Shown: positions 10,531 to 21,957, counted from the first letter of the stretch. The stretch: DNA of 64,000 bases from an uncultured delta proteobacterium (GCA_963816395.1 CAWFKQ010000009.1:64001-128000); one strand, 5' to 3'. Numbers and translations: made by a program. Notes: generated from the sequence alone by a model not told the origin.

Positions 10531-10725
10531 CGGTCTGACTCTCCTGTGCGAGCGGGCTGCGGTCGGGGAGGGGGGACTCTCATTATAATGAAAATCTCCG
10601 GAAAGAGAAGGGCATTTCCCGGCGCCGGCTCCTCCGCAGGGGTCTTTTCCCGGGGAGGGGGGTACGGCATGAAATCAGCCGACCCGCAAACCCCGTCCTG
10701 ATCAGTGCAAGACCGCTCTCAGCTG

Positions 10726-10767
10726 ACGAAAGAAGCCCCGCCGAGTAACCGGCGGGGCTTCTTTCGT
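10726..10767. terminator. Strong hairpin, probable terminator downstream of surA
   Basis: ACGAAAGAAGCCCCGCCG-AGTAAC-CGGCGGGGCTTCTTTCGT. Confidence 0.75.
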
Positions 10768-10792
10768 TCGTTTCTCGCGGGGAAAGACGGGC

Positions 10793-11727
10793 TTAGATGC
10801 GAATTTCAATATGGGCGTTCTTCTTCAGCCCTTCCGACCACTCCTTCATACCCGCCTGGGTTTTGCCCTCGCTGAGGATTTTCGTGATCTCCCCCTTGAC
10901 GCTGTCGAACTGCTGGACCTTTCCCGCATGGCGTTCGCTTACCTGGAGAATATGAAAGCCCTGCGGCGTCTCGATAACTGCGCTGGTCTGTCCCTCCTGG
11001 AGATCGCGCACCGCTTGGGCGAAGGAGGCGGTGAGTTCTCCTTCCCGGAAGGTCCCCATGTCCCCCCCCTGGGCCTCGCCGCCGCTGGAGCAGGCGGACT
11101 AGGACGGCACTGAAGTCCTCCCCTGCCCGGAGCCGCTCGAGGGCTTTTTCGGCCCGCTCGCGCGCGTTTGCCACTTGCGCGGGGGAGGGATGTTCCGGCA
11201 GCGGGAAGCTGAGGCGGCTGAGCCGCAGACTCGGCGACATCCGGTAGGAGTCGATATGCTGACGGAAATAGTCGGCGATCTCCTGATTGGTGACCTCGAC
11301 CTTGCTCTGCACCTCCCGCCCCACCAGCTTGAAGCGCAGGATCTGCCGCCGGAGGGTGTCCTGGTATTCGGCAAAGCTCATCCCCTGCTGCTGCAGCGCC
11401 TCCTCCAACCGGGGGCGGGTGAGCTTGTTCTGTTTCAGGACATCCTGAATGGCCGCTTCCAGTTCCTCATCGCTGACCTTCAGACCAAGTTCGCCGATGC
11501 GCTGCTGCATCAGGGTGTCTTCGATTAAGCCATCGAGGACCTGCCGGCGCGTCTTCTCGTCCACTGCCGCCCCGTCTTCATTGTTTTTGCGCAGTTCCCG
11601 CTGCAATTGAACGGTGGTGATGATGTCACTGTTCACCACGGCGGCGATCCCGTCGACCGTTTCCGCCCGGCCGGCTAGCGGCAGGACAAGTATCAGGGCG
11701 GCGGCCAGACATAAACAAGCGTCTCAT
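10793..11727 (-). CDS. surA: SurA-like chaperone / PpiC-type peptidyl-prolyl isomerase, two frameshifts (near 11715 and 11100)
   Basis: Signal peptide, VDGIAAVVNSDIIT, rotamase motif GGDMG.F..GEL...F..IETPQGFHIL. Confidence 0.8.
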
Positions 11728-11775
11728 ATACATTTCCCGTGCAACAAAAGGTGATCGGTTCAGCGGCCCGGTCCC

Positions 11776-12705
11776 TTACAATAGAGACCAGTCGACATCG
11801 ATAGTGGCCCGCCCTCGCAGGTTCTGCAGCCACTCCTGGTAGGCTTGCTCCTCCTTTTCCGCCAGCACCTTGGCGCGGATCTCCTCCTTGACCTGGTCCA
11901 GCTTCAGGCGTACCGCCTCGCGCCGCTCCTCCACCAGGAAGATGTGGTAGCCGTATTCGCTTTTCACCAGATCGCTGATCCGCCCCACCGGAATCGCGAA
12001 AACCACCGCTTCGAATTCGGTGGGCATATCGCCGCGGCCGAAAAAGCCGAGATCTCCCCCCTCCTCGCCATCGGGCGAGAGGGAATATTTCTTCGCCATC
12101 TCGGCGAACGGCTGCCCCTGGCGCAGCATACCGAGAATCCGCTCCCCCTCTTCCTTGCTGCCGACCACGATCTGCCGGGCCCGTACCTGGGCGGGGCGAT
12201 CGAAATCCTCCCGGTGCTGGTCGAAATAGGTGCGGATCTCCTCATCACCGACCGTGAGACCGGAATAGGCCGTCTGCCGGGCCACCTTCTCCATCAGCAA
12301 CTGCTCCTCCAGCTCACGCCGCCAGGCCGGCAGAGTGATTCCCCGCTCGCGCAGCATCTCTTCGAAGGTGCTGTCGGGATAATCCCGGCGATGTTCCTGC
12401 AGGGCCGCCTCCACTTCTTCCGGCTTTACCGTAACCCCCTGGCGCGCCGCCTCCGCCAGCGCCAGCTCGCGGTCGATCAACTGGATCAGGTAGGACCTCT
12501 CCAGGTTCTCTTTCTCCTCCGCGCTCAGATTCTGTTCGGCCGGCAGGGTTTTGGCGAACTGCTCCTGGAATTCCCGAAGACTGATGGTCCGGCCGTCTAC
12601 CCGCAGCAGAACCGGGGAGGAGACGCTTTTTTCTTTGCAGGCGGCCAAGGAGGTGAAGAGCAGAAAAAAAAGGGCAATGCCGAATGGGATCCGACGGCTG
12701 TTCAT
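11776..12705 (-). CDS. PpiC/parvulin-type peptidyl-prolyl isomerase lipoprotein
   Basis: Lipobox LAAC; VRARQIVV, AKKYS, GGDLGFF, KSEYGYHIF. Confidence 0.9.
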   Translation of the reverse strand: MNSRRIPFGIALFFLLFTSLAACKEKSVSSPVLLRVDGRTISLREFQEQFAKTLPAEQNLSAEEKENLERSYLIQLIDRELALAEAARQGVTVKPEEVEAALQEHRRDYPDSTFEEMLRERGITLPAWRRELEEQLLMEKVARQTAYSGLTVGDEEIRTYFDQHREDFDRPAQVRARQIVVGSKEEGERILGMLRQGQPFAEMAKKYSLSPDGEEGGDLGFFGRGDMPTEFEAVVFAIPVGRISDLVKSEYGYHIFLVEERREAVRLKLDQVKEEIRAKVLAEKEEQAYQEWLQNLRGRATIDVDWSLL

Positions 12706-12788
12706 CGATTTTTCTAAGGTTCCTCTCTCGCCCGACCGGACGGTCGGAGGTGACGATCAAAAGCGGGCAGGTGCCTACGCTAGCACAG

Positions 12789-15700
12789 CTAAAGAAAGGC
12801 TTGCAATTCTTTTCTGGCCGCCTCCAGCGGCTCGTCGCCAGGGAGTCGGCCCAGATTCACCGACAGCCGGTAATCGGCTGAAAAAGCGTAGCGCTTCTGC
12901 GGATCCTGCAGTCGGGCGAGAATCTTTTCCGGTGGCACCGGCGTCGTCGCGTTGAAGGTGAAAGCCAGTTGACGGCCATCGTATTCGGCCATTTCCACCT
13001 TGAGGCGTTTCATCAGCACCCGCAGCTTCATCACTTCAAGCAGCCGGATGGCCGGCTCGGGGATCTCGCCGTAGCGGTCGCGCAGCTCATCGGCCAGCAG
13101 ATAAATGGTCTCATCGTTCTCGGCGGCGGCCAGCCGCTTGTAGAGCACCAGCCGCTGATTGGGGTCGGGAACATACTTCTCCGGCAGAAAGGCGGAAAGG
13201 CCAAGGCGGATCTCCGGGTCGATGTGGTCCTCTTGCGCCAGCCCCTGCAGCTCATGAATGGTCTCCTCCAGCAGCTCGGCATACATCTCGAAACCGATGG
13301 CGGCGATCTGCCCCGACTGGTTGCCCCCCAGCAGATCTCCGGCGCCGCGCAGCTCCAGATCGTGGCTGGCAATGCGGAAACCGGTCCCCAGCTCGGTCAG
13401 CTCCTGCAGTACCCGCAGGCGCTCACGGGCTTCGCGGGTCAGGGTTCCCTCGCCGGGGATCAGCAGATAAGCGTAAGCCCGCCGGTCGGAGCGCCCGACG
13501 CGGCCGCGCAGCTGGTAGAGCTGAGCCAGGCCGAAGCAGTCGGCGCGGTTGATGATGATGGTGTTGGCGCGCGGGATGTCCAGGCCGTTCTCGATGATGG
13601 TGCTGCAGACCAGGACATTGCTCTTCCCCTCCATGAAATCGAGCATCACGTCTTCCAGCGCCCGCTCCCCCATCTGCCCGTGCCCGACGGCGACCTTCGC
13701 TTCCGGCACCAGCCGCTGGACGAATTCGGCCATGGCGCCGATCGACTGCACCCGGTTATGGACGAAGAAAACCTGGCCGCCGCGGCGCAGCTCGCGCAGA
13801 ACGGCCTCACGGATCAGGTCGTCGTCGAAGCGGGTGACGTAGGTGCGGATGGCCAGCCGGTCAACCGGCGGGGTATCGATAACCGAGAGGCTGCGCAGCC
13901 CCATCATGGCCATGTGCAGGGTGCGGGGGATGGGGGTGGCGGTGAGGGTCAGCATGTCCACCTCGGCACGCAGCTTCTTCAGCCTCTCCTTGTGGCTGAC
14001 TCCGAAGCGCTGCTCTTCATCGACGATCACCAGCCCCAGGTTCCTGAATTTCACGTCACGCTGCAGCAGGCGGTGGGTGCCGATAAGAACATCCACCTTG
14101 CCCTCGGCGGTACGCGCCAGTATCTCCTTCTGCTCGGCCGGGGTCCGAAAGCGGGAAACCATTTCGACTTCCACCGGGTAGCTCTGGAAACGGCTGCGGA
14201 ATGTTTCCCAATGTTGCCGGGCGAGGATCGTGGTGGGGACCAGTACGGCGACCTGCCGGCCATCGAGCGCCGCCTTGAAGGCGGCGCGGATCGCCACCTC
14301 CGTCTTGCCGAAACCGACATCCCCGCAGATCAGCCGATCCATCGGCCGCTCCGACTCCATCTCCGCCAGTACTTCCTCGATGGCCGTTTGCTGATCGGGG
14401 GTCTCTTCGTAGGGAAAGGAGGCTTCGAACTCGCGGAACAGCCGGTCGGGGGGGGAATAGCGGAAACCGGCCGCCATTTCCCGCCGGGCATAGATCTTGA
14501 GCAGCTCCCGGGCCAGCTCCTCGACCGCCGCCCGGGCACGCAGCTTCGCCTTCTCCCAACCGGCGCCCCCCATCTTGTCCAGACGCGGGGCATGCCCCTC
14601 GCCGCCGACATACTTCTGCACCTTCTCGATGCGCTCCACCGGCAGATAGAGACGGTCCTCGCCGGCGTATTCCAGGTGCAGGAAATCTCCCTCCACATTT
14701 CCCATCTGCAGGTGCAGCAGGCCACGGTAGCGGGCGATGCCATGATCGGCATGCACGACATAATCTCCCTCCTTGAGCTCCGCCAGGGAGGAAAGCAGGG
14801 CACGCGCACGCGCCTCGCCCACGCCGCGCCGCCGTACCCGGCGACCGAAGATCTCCTCCTCCGTAACCACCGCCAGTTTCTCATCGGGGAGACGGAAGCC
14901 GGCGCCGAGTTCCCCCAACACCAGGCGCAAATCCCCAGGCCGCATTCCCTTCAGGTCAGCCACCGGCTCGAAAGCCGGGGCCAGGGCATACGGCGCCAGC
15001 AGGTCCAGAAGGCGTTCGGCCTGGCCACGTTGGTGGCAGACCAGAAGGGTCTGCCAGCCGTCCTGCCGCCACCGCCGCAGGCGGCCGGCGATCTGGGCCA
15101 TCCCGCCATCCTCTCCTCCGACGTCGGCCCGCAGGTCGCCGTTTCCCTCGGCCCGGAAACGGAAGGTCTGCCGGTCGGATTCCAGGCGATAAACCTGCAG
15201 AGCGGAAAGATCGATCCGCCGGCGGGCAGCTAATTCACCCTCGAGGGTTTTCGGCTCCAGATACAGGTCGGCGGCCGCGACGAACGGCTCCCCACGACCC
15301 GCGGCCCGTTTCTCCCCCTCCCGGATCTCGGCAGCGAATCGGTCGGCTTCCTGTTCCACGGCGGGCGGATCGAGCATCGCCCAGGTGCCGGCCGCGGCGT
15401 AAGCAAAAAAAGGATCGAGTCGCTCGTAGTTGAGGGGAAGGAGAAAAACCCGGCCGGGAGCGAGCAGCCCCTCGCGGGCCTCCTCGAGGAGCGCTTCCCG
15501 CTGCGGGCGGGCGATCTCCAGGGCATCACAGCGGTCTTTCAAACGACGGGCGAAGGTCTCCAGGTGTTCACCGGCGAGGATCATCTCCCGCGCCGGCAAC
15601 AGCACCAGGTCGGTCAGCTCCTCGCCGCCGGTGCGCTGGCTGAGCGGATCGAAGGGTCGCATCCGCTCGATCCAGTCGCCGAAAAACTCGATCCGCACCG

Positions 15701-16274
15701 GCTGACTGCCGGTTGGCGGGAAAAGGTCGAGAATATCGCCGCGAAGAGAGAAGGTGCCGCGGTCTTCCACCAGGGGCACGGCCTGATAACCGAGTGCCTG
15801 CAATCGGGCCAGCAGCTCCGGGCGCGGGTATTCCTCTTCGGCCGTCAAGCGGCCGCCCAGCTCGGCCAGGACCTGGCGGGGAATGACCCGCTGCATCAGG
15901 GCACGCACACTCAGCACCACCGCGCGCGCCCGCCCCTCGTTTAGAGCGGCGAGGGCGGCCAGGCGAGCGGCCTCGACCTCCGGATGAGGCATGAGTGGAT
16001 CGTAGGGACGAATTTCCCAGTTGGGAAAAAAGAATATCTCTTCCGACCGCCCGTGGTAAAAGGCAAGATCGACGGCAAACTGTTCCGCCTGCCGGTTGTC
16101 GGCGGCCACTATCAGCAGCGGCTCCCGCCGCGCCGCCAGCACTCCGGCGAGCAAGTGGGCGCCGGCCGAGCCGACCAGGCCGAGAACCTCGCTATGGGAA
16201 GCAGCCTGGACTCCGGTCAGAAACGAGCGCCGGGTGGCGTGGGTGATTTCGGGCTGCTGGATCTCGTATTCCAT
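12789..16274 (-). CDS. mfd: Transcription-repair coupling factor
   Basis: UvrB-like N-terminus, CarD-like domain VVHADHGIARY, CGDVGFGKTEVA, DEEQRFGV, QLRGRVGR. Confidence 0.98.
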   Translation of the reverse strand: MEYEIQQPEITHATRRSFLTGVQAASHSEVLGLVGSAGAHLLAGVLAARREPLLIVAADNRQAEQFAVDLAFYHGRSEEIFFFPNWEIRPYDPLMPHPEVEAARLAALAALNEGRARAVVLSVRALMQRVIPRQVLAELGGRLTAEEEYPRPELLARLQALGYQAVPLVEDRGTFSLRGDILDLFPPTGSQPVRIEFFGDWIERMRPFDPLSQRTGGEELTDLVLLPAREMILAGEHLETFARRLKDRCDALEIARPQREALLEEAREGLLAPGRVFLLPLNYERLDPFFAYAAAGTWAMLDPPAVEQEADRFAAEIREGEKRAAGRGEPFVAAADLYLEPKTLEGELAARRRIDLSALQVYRLESDRQTFRFRAEGNGDLRADVGGEDGGMAQIAGRLRRWRQDGWQTLLVCHQRGQAERLLDLLAPYALAPAFEPVADLKGMRPGDLRLVLGELGAGFRLPDEKLAVVTEEEIFGRRVRRRGVGEARARALLSSLAELKEGDYVVHADHGIARYRGLLHLQMGNVEGDFLHLEYAGEDRLYLPVERIEKVQKYVGGEGHAPRLDKMGGAGWEKAKLRARAAVEELARELLKIYARREMAAGFRYSPPDRLFREFEASFPYEETPDQQTAIEEVLAEMESERPMDRLICGDVGFGKTEVAIRAAFKAALDGRQVAVLVPTTILARQHWETFRSRFQSYPVEVEMVSRFRTPAEQKEILARTAEGKVDVLIGTHRLLQRDVKFRNLGLVIVDEEQRFGVSHKERLKKLRAEVDMLTLTATPIPRTLHMAMMGLRSLSVIDTPPVDRLAIRTYVTRFDDDLIREAVLRELRRGGQVFFVHNRVQSIGAMAEFVQRLVPEAKVAVGHGQMGERALEDVMLDFMEGKSNVLVCSTIIENGLDIPRANTIIINRADCFGLAQLYQLRGRVGRSDRRAYAYLLIPGEGTLTREARERLRVLQELTELGTGFRIASHDLELRGAGDLLGGNQSGQIAAIGFEMYAELLEETIHELQGLAQEDHIDPEIRLGLSAFLPEKYVPDPNQRLVLYKRLAAAENDETIYLLADELRDRYGEIPEPAIRLLEVMKLRVLMKRLKVEMAEYDGRQLAFTFNATTPVPPEKILARLQDPQKRYAFSADYRLSVNLGRLPGDEPLEAARKELQAFL

Positions 16275-16384
16275 AGTAGGCAGGAGAGGGGGGTTGCCTT
16301 CAGGACGGTTGGCGGTTGGCTGGCGAACCGGTGCTCCCGGCGCTGTGACCGAGGAAACGGGGCAAGCTGCACGTTGCGGTCACT

Positions 16385-17308
16385 TCATCCTTCCTGGTCG
16401 CGCGGCACCGCCAGCATCCGCTCCAGGGCGGTCCGGGCAGCCTCCCGGGTTTCGCCCGCTACCGTAATCTCCGGGCTCATCGTTTGCAGGCTCTTCAGCA
16501 CATCCTCCAAGGAGGTCAGCTTCATGTTGGGACAGATGAGGCGGGAGGAGGGAAGGATGAACTCCTTCTCCGGATTTTCCTTGCGCAGCCGGTAAAGAAT
16601 TCCCGCCTCGGTGCCGACGATAAACCGGCGGGCCGGGCTTTGCCGGGCGAACTCGTACATGCCGCTGGTGGAGGTAATATGGTGGGCCAGGGCGAGGATC
16701 TCCGGAGGGCACTCGGGGTGGGCCAGGAACAGAGCGTCACGATTCTCGGCGAGCGCCCGCTCCACGTCCGCCACCTCCAACCGGTCGTGGGTGGGGCAGT
16801 ACCCGGGCCAGAGATGACAGAGCTTGTCGGTATGGGCGGCGATGTAACGGCCAAGGTTGCGATCGGGGACGAGGAGCACCTCCGGCGTCGGCACCGAGTT
16901 GACCACCCGCACAGCGTTGGCGCTGGTGCAGCAGATATCGCTCTCGGCTTTAACGGCAGCGCTCGAATTGACATAGGTGACCACTGTCGCCCCCGGGTGC
17001 CGGGCCTTCATCTCCCGCAAGCCCTCCGGGGTGACCATGTCCGCCATCGGACAGCCGGCGTCCGGGCGGGGAAGCAGAACAATCTTGTCGGGAGCGAGAA
17101 TGGCAGCGCTCTCGGCCATGAAATGCACCCCGCAGAAGACGATCACTTCCCGGTCCGTACCGGCCGCTGCCATCGACAGGCCAAGGGAATCCCCGGTCAG
17201 ATCGGCTATTTCCTGGATTTCGTCCCGCTGGTAATTGTGCGCCAGCAGAAGGGCGTTGCGCTCCCTCGCCAGGCGGCGGATTTCCTGCTTGATCTCTTCC
17301 TGCGGCAT
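16385..17308 (-). CDS. nadA: Quinolinate synthase
   Basis: [38 protein letters not shown]. Confidence 0.97.
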   Translation of the reverse strand: MPQEEIKQEIRRLARERNALLLAHNYQRDEIQEIADLTGDSLGLSMAAAGTDREVIVFCGVHFMAESAAILAPDKIVLLPRPDAGCPMADMVTPEGLREMKARHPGATVVTYVNSSAAVKAESDICCTSANAVRVVNSVPTPEVLLVPDRNLGRYIAAHTDKLCHLWPGYCPTHDRLEVADVERALAENRDALFLAHPECPPEILALAHHITSTSGMYEFARQSPARRFIVGTEAGILYRLRKENPEKEFILPSSRLICPNMKLTSLEDVLKSLQTMSPEITVAGETREAARTALERMLAVPRDQEG

Positions 17309-17340
17309 ATGAGTTCCTTCCGGTCTGCAAAATCTGCCCA

Positions 17341-17423
17341 ATAGTAGTTTAAAACCCTATATATGTCAAACCCTTATCTGCTCGCGGGGGCTGCTTGACA
17401 GGGGCTGGGAATGGGGCTATGCT
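17341..17423. promoter_or_regulatory. Divergent sigma70 promoters for nadA (-) and tatBC (+)
   Basis: - strand TTGACA-N17-TACTAT (17369-17341); + strand TTGACA-N17-TATGCT (17395-17423). Confidence 0.65.
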
Positions 17424-17452
17424 GACATCCACTCTTTCCCTGTGAGGTTTCC

Positions 17453-17779
17453 ATGTTCGGTATCGGCATGCCGGAACTGCTGCTTATTCTGGCCCTGGCC
17501 TTGATCGTCATCGGGCCGAAAAAACTTCCGGACCTCGCCCGCGCCCTCGGGCGGGGGATGGCTGAGTTTCGGCGCGCCACCGATGAGTTGAAATCTTCTT
17601 TCCAGGAAGAGTCACGTAATGCCACCCGTGACCGGCTGATCAAGGAAGGGAAGATCCGTCCACCGGGAGCCGAACCGGCCACCGAACCGATGGAAGCGGG
17701 GGTGCCGCAGGCAGGTGCCGCGCCGGCTGCATCACCTGCCGTTGCCGATGTCGATGTGGACCAGAGCACCCATGAGTAA
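17453..17779 (+). CDS. tatB: Twin-arginine translocase TatA/TatB family subunit, probably TatB
   Basis: [30 protein letters not shown]; directly upstream of tatC. Confidence 0.85.
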   Translation: MFGIGMPELLLILALALIVIGPKKLPDLARALGRGMAEFRRATDELKSSFQEESRNATRDRLIKEGKIRPPGAEPATEPMEAGVPQAGAAPAASPAVADVDVDQSTHE

Positions 17780-18539
17780 CGAGCAGGCCCCCATCACCAC
17801 GCACCTGGAGGAATTGCGGCGCCGACTGATCATCGCCGGCGGTGCCTGGCTGGTTGGCTTTATTGCCTGCTACAGCTATGCCGAGCGGCTCTTTCACCTT
17901 ATTGCCGATCCGGTGCGAACCGCCCTGCCGGAAGGCAGTTCCCTGGTTTTCATCAATGCCACCGAGCCGTTTTTCACCTATCTGAAGGTCGGCGCCATCG
18001 CCGGCTTGCTGCTCGCCCTGCCGGTCATTCTCTGGGAGCTCTGGGCCTTTGTCGCCCCAGGCCTCTATGCCAAAGAGAAACGGTTCGCCATCCCTTTCGT
18101 CTTCGCCAGCTGTCTCTGCTTCGTCGCCGGCACTTTCTTCGGTTTCCGCTACGTATTTCCCGCTATCTTCACCTTCCTGGTGAAGTACGGCACCGGCAGC
18201 GGCGAGATCTCCGCCATGCTGTCCATGGGGGCTTATCTCTCCCTGTCCAGCAAGCTTCTGCTCGCCTTCGGGCTGGTGTTCGAGTTGCCGGTGATCATCT
18301 TTTTCTGCGCCAGAATGGGGATCGTCGATCACCTCTGGCTGCGCCGGCAGCGCAAGTACATGCTGATCATCGCCTTTGTCGTCGGGGCGATCCTCACCCC
18401 TCCGGACGTCTTCTCCCAGACCGCCCTCGCCATCCCTTTCATTCTTCTCTACGAAATCGGCATCTGGGTGGCTTTCTTCTTCGGCAAGCGCAAACCCGCC
18501 GCGTCCGGAGAGGAGACGGAGGCGGCCGCCGCCGAATAG
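17772..18539 (+). CDS. tatC: Twin-arginine translocase subunit TatC
   Basis: [31 protein letters not shown]. Confidence 0.97.
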   Translation: MSNEQAPITTHLEELRRRLIIAGGAWLVGFIACYSYAERLFHLIADPVRTALPEGSSLVFINATEPFFTYLKVGAIAGLLLALPVILWELWAFVAPGLYAKEKRFAIPFVFASCLCFVAGTFFGFRYVFPAIFTFLVKYGTGSGEISAMLSMGAYLSLSSKLLLAFGLVFELPVIIFFCARMGIVDHLWLRRQRKYMLIIAFVVGAILTPPDVFSQTALAIPFILLYEIGIWVAFFFGKRKPAASGEETEAAAAE

Positions 18540-18636
18540 ACCATACCGTCGCAACCTCCTGGCATCCCGGCCCGGTTCCGCTATGCTTGGCACGGGCAAC
18601 TCTCCGGCAGCCGGTCGCCTCTAACCTGAATTGGCC

Positions 18637-19575
18637 ATGACTCCTGCCCTGCGCCTCAGCCACCTGCACAAAAGCTTCGGCGGACCGCCGGCAGTGAAGG
18701 ACCTTTCCTTCGAAATCGCGCCGGGAGAGATCTTCGGCCTGCTCGGACCAAACGGGGCCGGCAAAAGCACCTCCATCAATATGGTCGCGGGGGTCACCCG
18801 CATCGGCGGCGGCCATATTGAAGTTTTCGGCTATGACAACCGTCGTGATTACCGCATCACCCGCCGGCTGATCGGGGTGATGCACCAGGAGATCGTCACC
18901 GATCACTTCTTCACCATTGACCGCACGCTGAAGATCCACTCCGGTTATTACGGCGCTCCCGGCGATGCCGCCTGGCGGGAACTGCTCATCGAACGGCTCG
19001 GTCTCGGTCCGCACCTGCACAAATCAATGAACAAGCTCTCCGGGGGACTTAAACGCCGCCTGATGGTGGCTAAGGCGATGATCCACAAGCCCCGCCTGCT
19101 GATTCTCGATGAACCGACCGCTGGGGTCGATGTGGAATTGCGTCACTCGCTCTGGGAGTTCGTACGGGAGATCAACCGGGAGGGGACCACGGTTCTGCTC
19201 ACGACTCATTACCTGGAGGAAGCCGAGCAGATGTGCGGACGAATCGCCATCATGAACCATGGCGAACTGATTGCCCTGGAGCCCACCTCCGCCTTGCTCG
19301 ACCGCTTGCGCGAACCGACTCTGGAATTGCAGCTGTCCCGCCCGCTGCCAAGCCTGCCGGCCGAACTCGCCGCCTTCGGCGCCCGCCTGGCAGAGGGGGG
19401 GACCCAGCTCACCCTCAATCTCCCCCGGGGGGCGCGCGCCGGCGAGGCGCTCGGCCTTTTGTGCCGCCTGGAACTGCCTGTGACCGGCATCGAAACCCGC
19501 AAGCCCGGGCTGGAGGAGATTTTTCTCGAACTCACCGGGATGAATCGGCGCTCGCGGCGCAACGGTGCCTCATGA
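18637..19575 (+). CDS. ABC-2 type transporter ATP-binding protein (YadG-like)
   Basis: GPNGAGKS, LSGGLKRR, ILDEPTAGVD, TTHYLEEA. Confidence 0.92.
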   Translation: MTPALRLSHLHKSFGGPPAVKDLSFEIAPGEIFGLLGPNGAGKSTSINMVAGVTRIGGGHIEVFGYDNRRDYRITRRLIGVMHQEIVTDHFFTIDRTLKIHSGYYGAPGDAAWRELLIERLGLGPHLHKSMNKLSGGLKRRLMVAKAMIHKPRLLILDEPTAGVDVELRHSLWEFVREINREGTTVLLTTHYLEEAEQMCGRIAIMNHGELIALEPTSALLDRLREPTLELQLSRPLPSLPAELAAFGARLAEGGTQLTLNLPRGARAGEALGLLCRLELPVTGIETRKPGLEEIFLELTGMNRRSRRNGAS

Positions 19576-20360
19576 GAGAGGACCGACTGCCCCCTTTTTA
19601 CCCCTGGCTGCCCTTCTTAACCCTGTTGCAGCGGGAGGTTCTGCGTTTTCTACGGGTCTCGGTGCAGACCTTGATCACGCCAATCATTACCGCCTCCCTC
19701 TACCTGTTCGTCTTCGGTGCAACTCTCGGCGGCCGGCTCAGCGTGGTGCCGGGATTCTCCTATGCTCAGTTCGTCATTCCGGGCCTCGTCCTCATGGGGG
19801 TAATCAACAACTCTTTCGCCAATGCCTCCTCTTCCCTGTTCATGTCCCGTTACCTGGGACAGATCGTCGACCTGCTGGTAACGCCCCTTACTCCCCCTCA
19901 ATTTATCTTTGCCTATACCATCGCCTCGATGCTCCGGGGCCTGGCCGTCGGCGTGGCGGTTACCCTGATTTCCCTTTTCTTCGCCCCTCTCCCCTGGGTG
20001 CATCCGCTCCTTACCATTCTGATGGCCGGCCTCGCCAGCTTTCTTTTCGCCCAACTTGGCCTGATTGCCGCCATTTACTCCAACACCTTCGATGCTCTCT
20101 CCATGTACAGCAACTTCATCCTGCTGCCTCTGATCTACCTGGGGGGAGTCTTCTATCCAATATCCATCCTGCCCTCCTTCTGGTCCGGTCTTTCCCGCTT
20201 CAATCCGCTACTCTACCTTATCGACGGCTTTCGCCATGCGATTCTCGGCACCGGCGATATCCCTCTGCCGGTTTCCTTCGGAGTGACTGGCGGCCTCGCC
20301 ATCGGGCTGTTTATCTGGGCGGCGATGCTGATCGCCACCGGCCACAAGCTTCGCTCCTGA
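19572..20360 (+). CDS. ABC-2 type transporter permease (YadH-like)
   Basis: ATGA overlap with the ATPase; REVLRFLR, YAQFVIPGL, YLGGVFYPI, NPLLYLIDGFR. Confidence 0.9.
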   Translation: MREDRLPPFYPWLPFLTLLQREVLRFLRVSVQTLITPIITASLYLFVFGATLGGRLSVVPGFSYAQFVIPGLVLMGVINNSFANASSSLFMSRYLGQIVDLLVTPLTPPQFIFAYTIASMLRGLAVGVAVTLISLFFAPLPWVHPLLTILMAGLASFLFAQLGLIAAIYSNTFDALSMYSNFILLPLIYLGGVFYPISILPSFWSGLSRFNPLLYLIDGFRHAILGTGDIPLPVSFGVTGGLAIGLFIWAAMLIATGHKLRS

Positions 20361-20382
20361 CCTGAATCCGCTCAAACCCACT

Positions 20383-20415
20383 AAAAGAAAAGGCGCCTCC
20401 CCGAAAGGAAGCGCC
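20383..20415 (-). terminator. Probable terminator of the YfaZ-like gene
   Basis: GGCGC..CC-GAAA-GG..GCGCC hairpin with a U tract on the - strand. Confidence 0.5.
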
Positions 20416-20445
20416 AGCGCCCGAACGGATCGGCTGCGGAATTAT

Positions 20446-21012
20446 TCAGAAACGGGCCTGAAAACCGATCCGCAGGCCATCGTCGATGGTCCAGTTGCCA
20501 TAATCATCGAATTTGGTCCGGATATTCTGGTACTCAAGCATGACGCGCACCCTGGGAGTGACCGAGTAAGCCACCCCCAGGCCTGTCTCAAGCAGCCGCT
20601 CGGCATCGATCAGCGTAAATATCTTCGGCGCGTAGATGATTTTGCCGGTTACCCCGAAACCGCCCAGGGCCGGCGGATAATACTCGGTTCGGCCACCGAT
20701 CCCGAGGGCCAGCAGGTCCTGCCCGCGGTGTGTGCGTCCACCATACAACTGCGCCCCGATTCCCAGCTCCAATCCCGGCACGTTCCCCGGTTCACCGATG
20801 AAATCGAAGCCGGCCGAGCCGAGGCGCGTTTTCTCATCCGCATTGTAAAGCAAACGAGCATGCACCACCGAACGCCCGAGAGCATCCTCCACCAGGGGAT
20901 GCCGGTAGCCGACCTGGGCGCTTGAATCGTTGAAGCTCAGGTCAAGGGAATCGGCCTCCGCCTGGATCGCCACCAAACTGATACACAGTGCCAACCAGAT
21001 CCATCTTTTCAT
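20446..21012 (-). CDS. YfaZ-like outer-membrane beta-barrel protein
   Basis: Signal peptide, alternating beta-strand pattern, YAPKIF, C-terminal GFQARF. Confidence 0.75.
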   Translation of the reverse strand: MKRWIWLALCISLVAIQAEADSLDLSFNDSSAQVGYRHPLVEDALGRSVVHARLLYNADEKTRLGSAGFDFIGEPGNVPGLELGIGAQLYGGRTHRGQDLLALGIGGRTEYYPPALGGFGVTGKIIYAPKIFTLIDAERLLETGLGVAYSVTPRVRVMLEYQNIRTKFDDYGNWTIDDGLRIGFQARF

Positions 21013-21187
21013 TTCCTTCCTCCAGTGCAGTTCATTGTTTTCTTCCGGCTAGCGCCGGACTTATCGCAATATGGCACAACCATCCGAACCGGTGCAAGGC
21101 TTGCGCGCCCACGATGCGTCGGAGGACCGTCGCGGCTGGGGCCCGCGAGGGACCTGGGGCAAGGATGAGGGCCCCGCCGTGAGCACG

Positions 21188-21218
21188 AAAAAGGCCCGTC
21201 CGGGAAGCGACGGGCCTT
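21188..21218 (-). terminator. Terminator of the gntR-family gene
   Basis: AAAAAGGCCCGTC-loop-GACGGGCCTT. Confidence 0.65.
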
Positions 21219-21246
21219 GCATCAGATATCGAGCAGAGACAGAAGA

Positions 21247-21957
21247 TCAGATATCGATCATGCGCCGCAGGACGGAATGCTCTATCCGCCGACCTTCCTC
21301 GCGAGCCATACTCTGGATCAACACCTGTCCGCCGTAAGCGGCGGACTTGCTGACCAGCTTGTCCGCCTTTTCCGAGTCATGTTCCTTAAAGGCCTGGATG
21401 ATCTTCCGGTGCTCCTGCACCGAGATTTCCATGCGCCCGGGAAGGGAAAGAGAGGCCATGCGCAGACGGTTGAATTTCATCATCAACTGACCGATCAGCT
21501 CCAGCAGCTTCTCATTGCCGGCCGCCCGGATGAACAACTCGTGAAATTCATTATGCACGCGGAAGAAGGTTTTCACGTCTCCCTCCCGGGCCAATTGCTC
21601 CAGGCGATCGTTGATTGCCCCCAGGCGCTCCAGATCTTTTTCGCTCAGCTGCGCCGCCGCGATGCGAGCGGCGTATCCCTCCAGGATACTCTTGATGGCG
21701 TAGAATTCTTCGACATCGCGTTCGGATAGGGAGGTCACCACCGCGCCTTTGCGTGGGATGACCGTCAGGTAACCTTCCGACTCCAGCTGGCGAAAGGCCT
21801 CGCGAATAGGGGTGCGGCTGATGCCGAAGCGATCGGCCAACTCCGGTTCGGCCACTTTTTCACCGGCCTTGAGGGTTCCCTTTAAGATCGCTTCCCGGAT
21901 CGTCTCCAGGATTTTTTCCCGCAAAGTCTGGTGACGTTCGATCGGTTTTCTTTTCAC
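21247..21957 (-). CDS. GntR-family (FCD) transcriptional regulator
   Basis: HTH ELADRFGISRTPIREAF; FCD residues HNEFH, EHRKII. Confidence 0.92.
   Translation of the reverse strand: MKRKPIERHQTLREKILETIREAILKGTLKAGEKVAEPELADRFGISRTPIREAFRQLESEGYLTVIPRKGAVVTSLSERDVEEFYAIKSILEGYAARIAAAQLSEKDLERLGAINDRLEQLAREGDVKTFFRVHNEFHELFIRAAGNEKLLELIGQLMMKFNRLRMASLSLPGRMEISVQEHRKIIQAFKEHDSEKADKLVSKSAAYGGQVLIQSMAREEGRRIEHSVLRRMIDI

Noticed and set aside
10723..10770. CTGACGA followed by a stem, resembling a hammerhead ribozyme
   Set aside because: No GAAA after the stem and no other helices; better explained as a terminator
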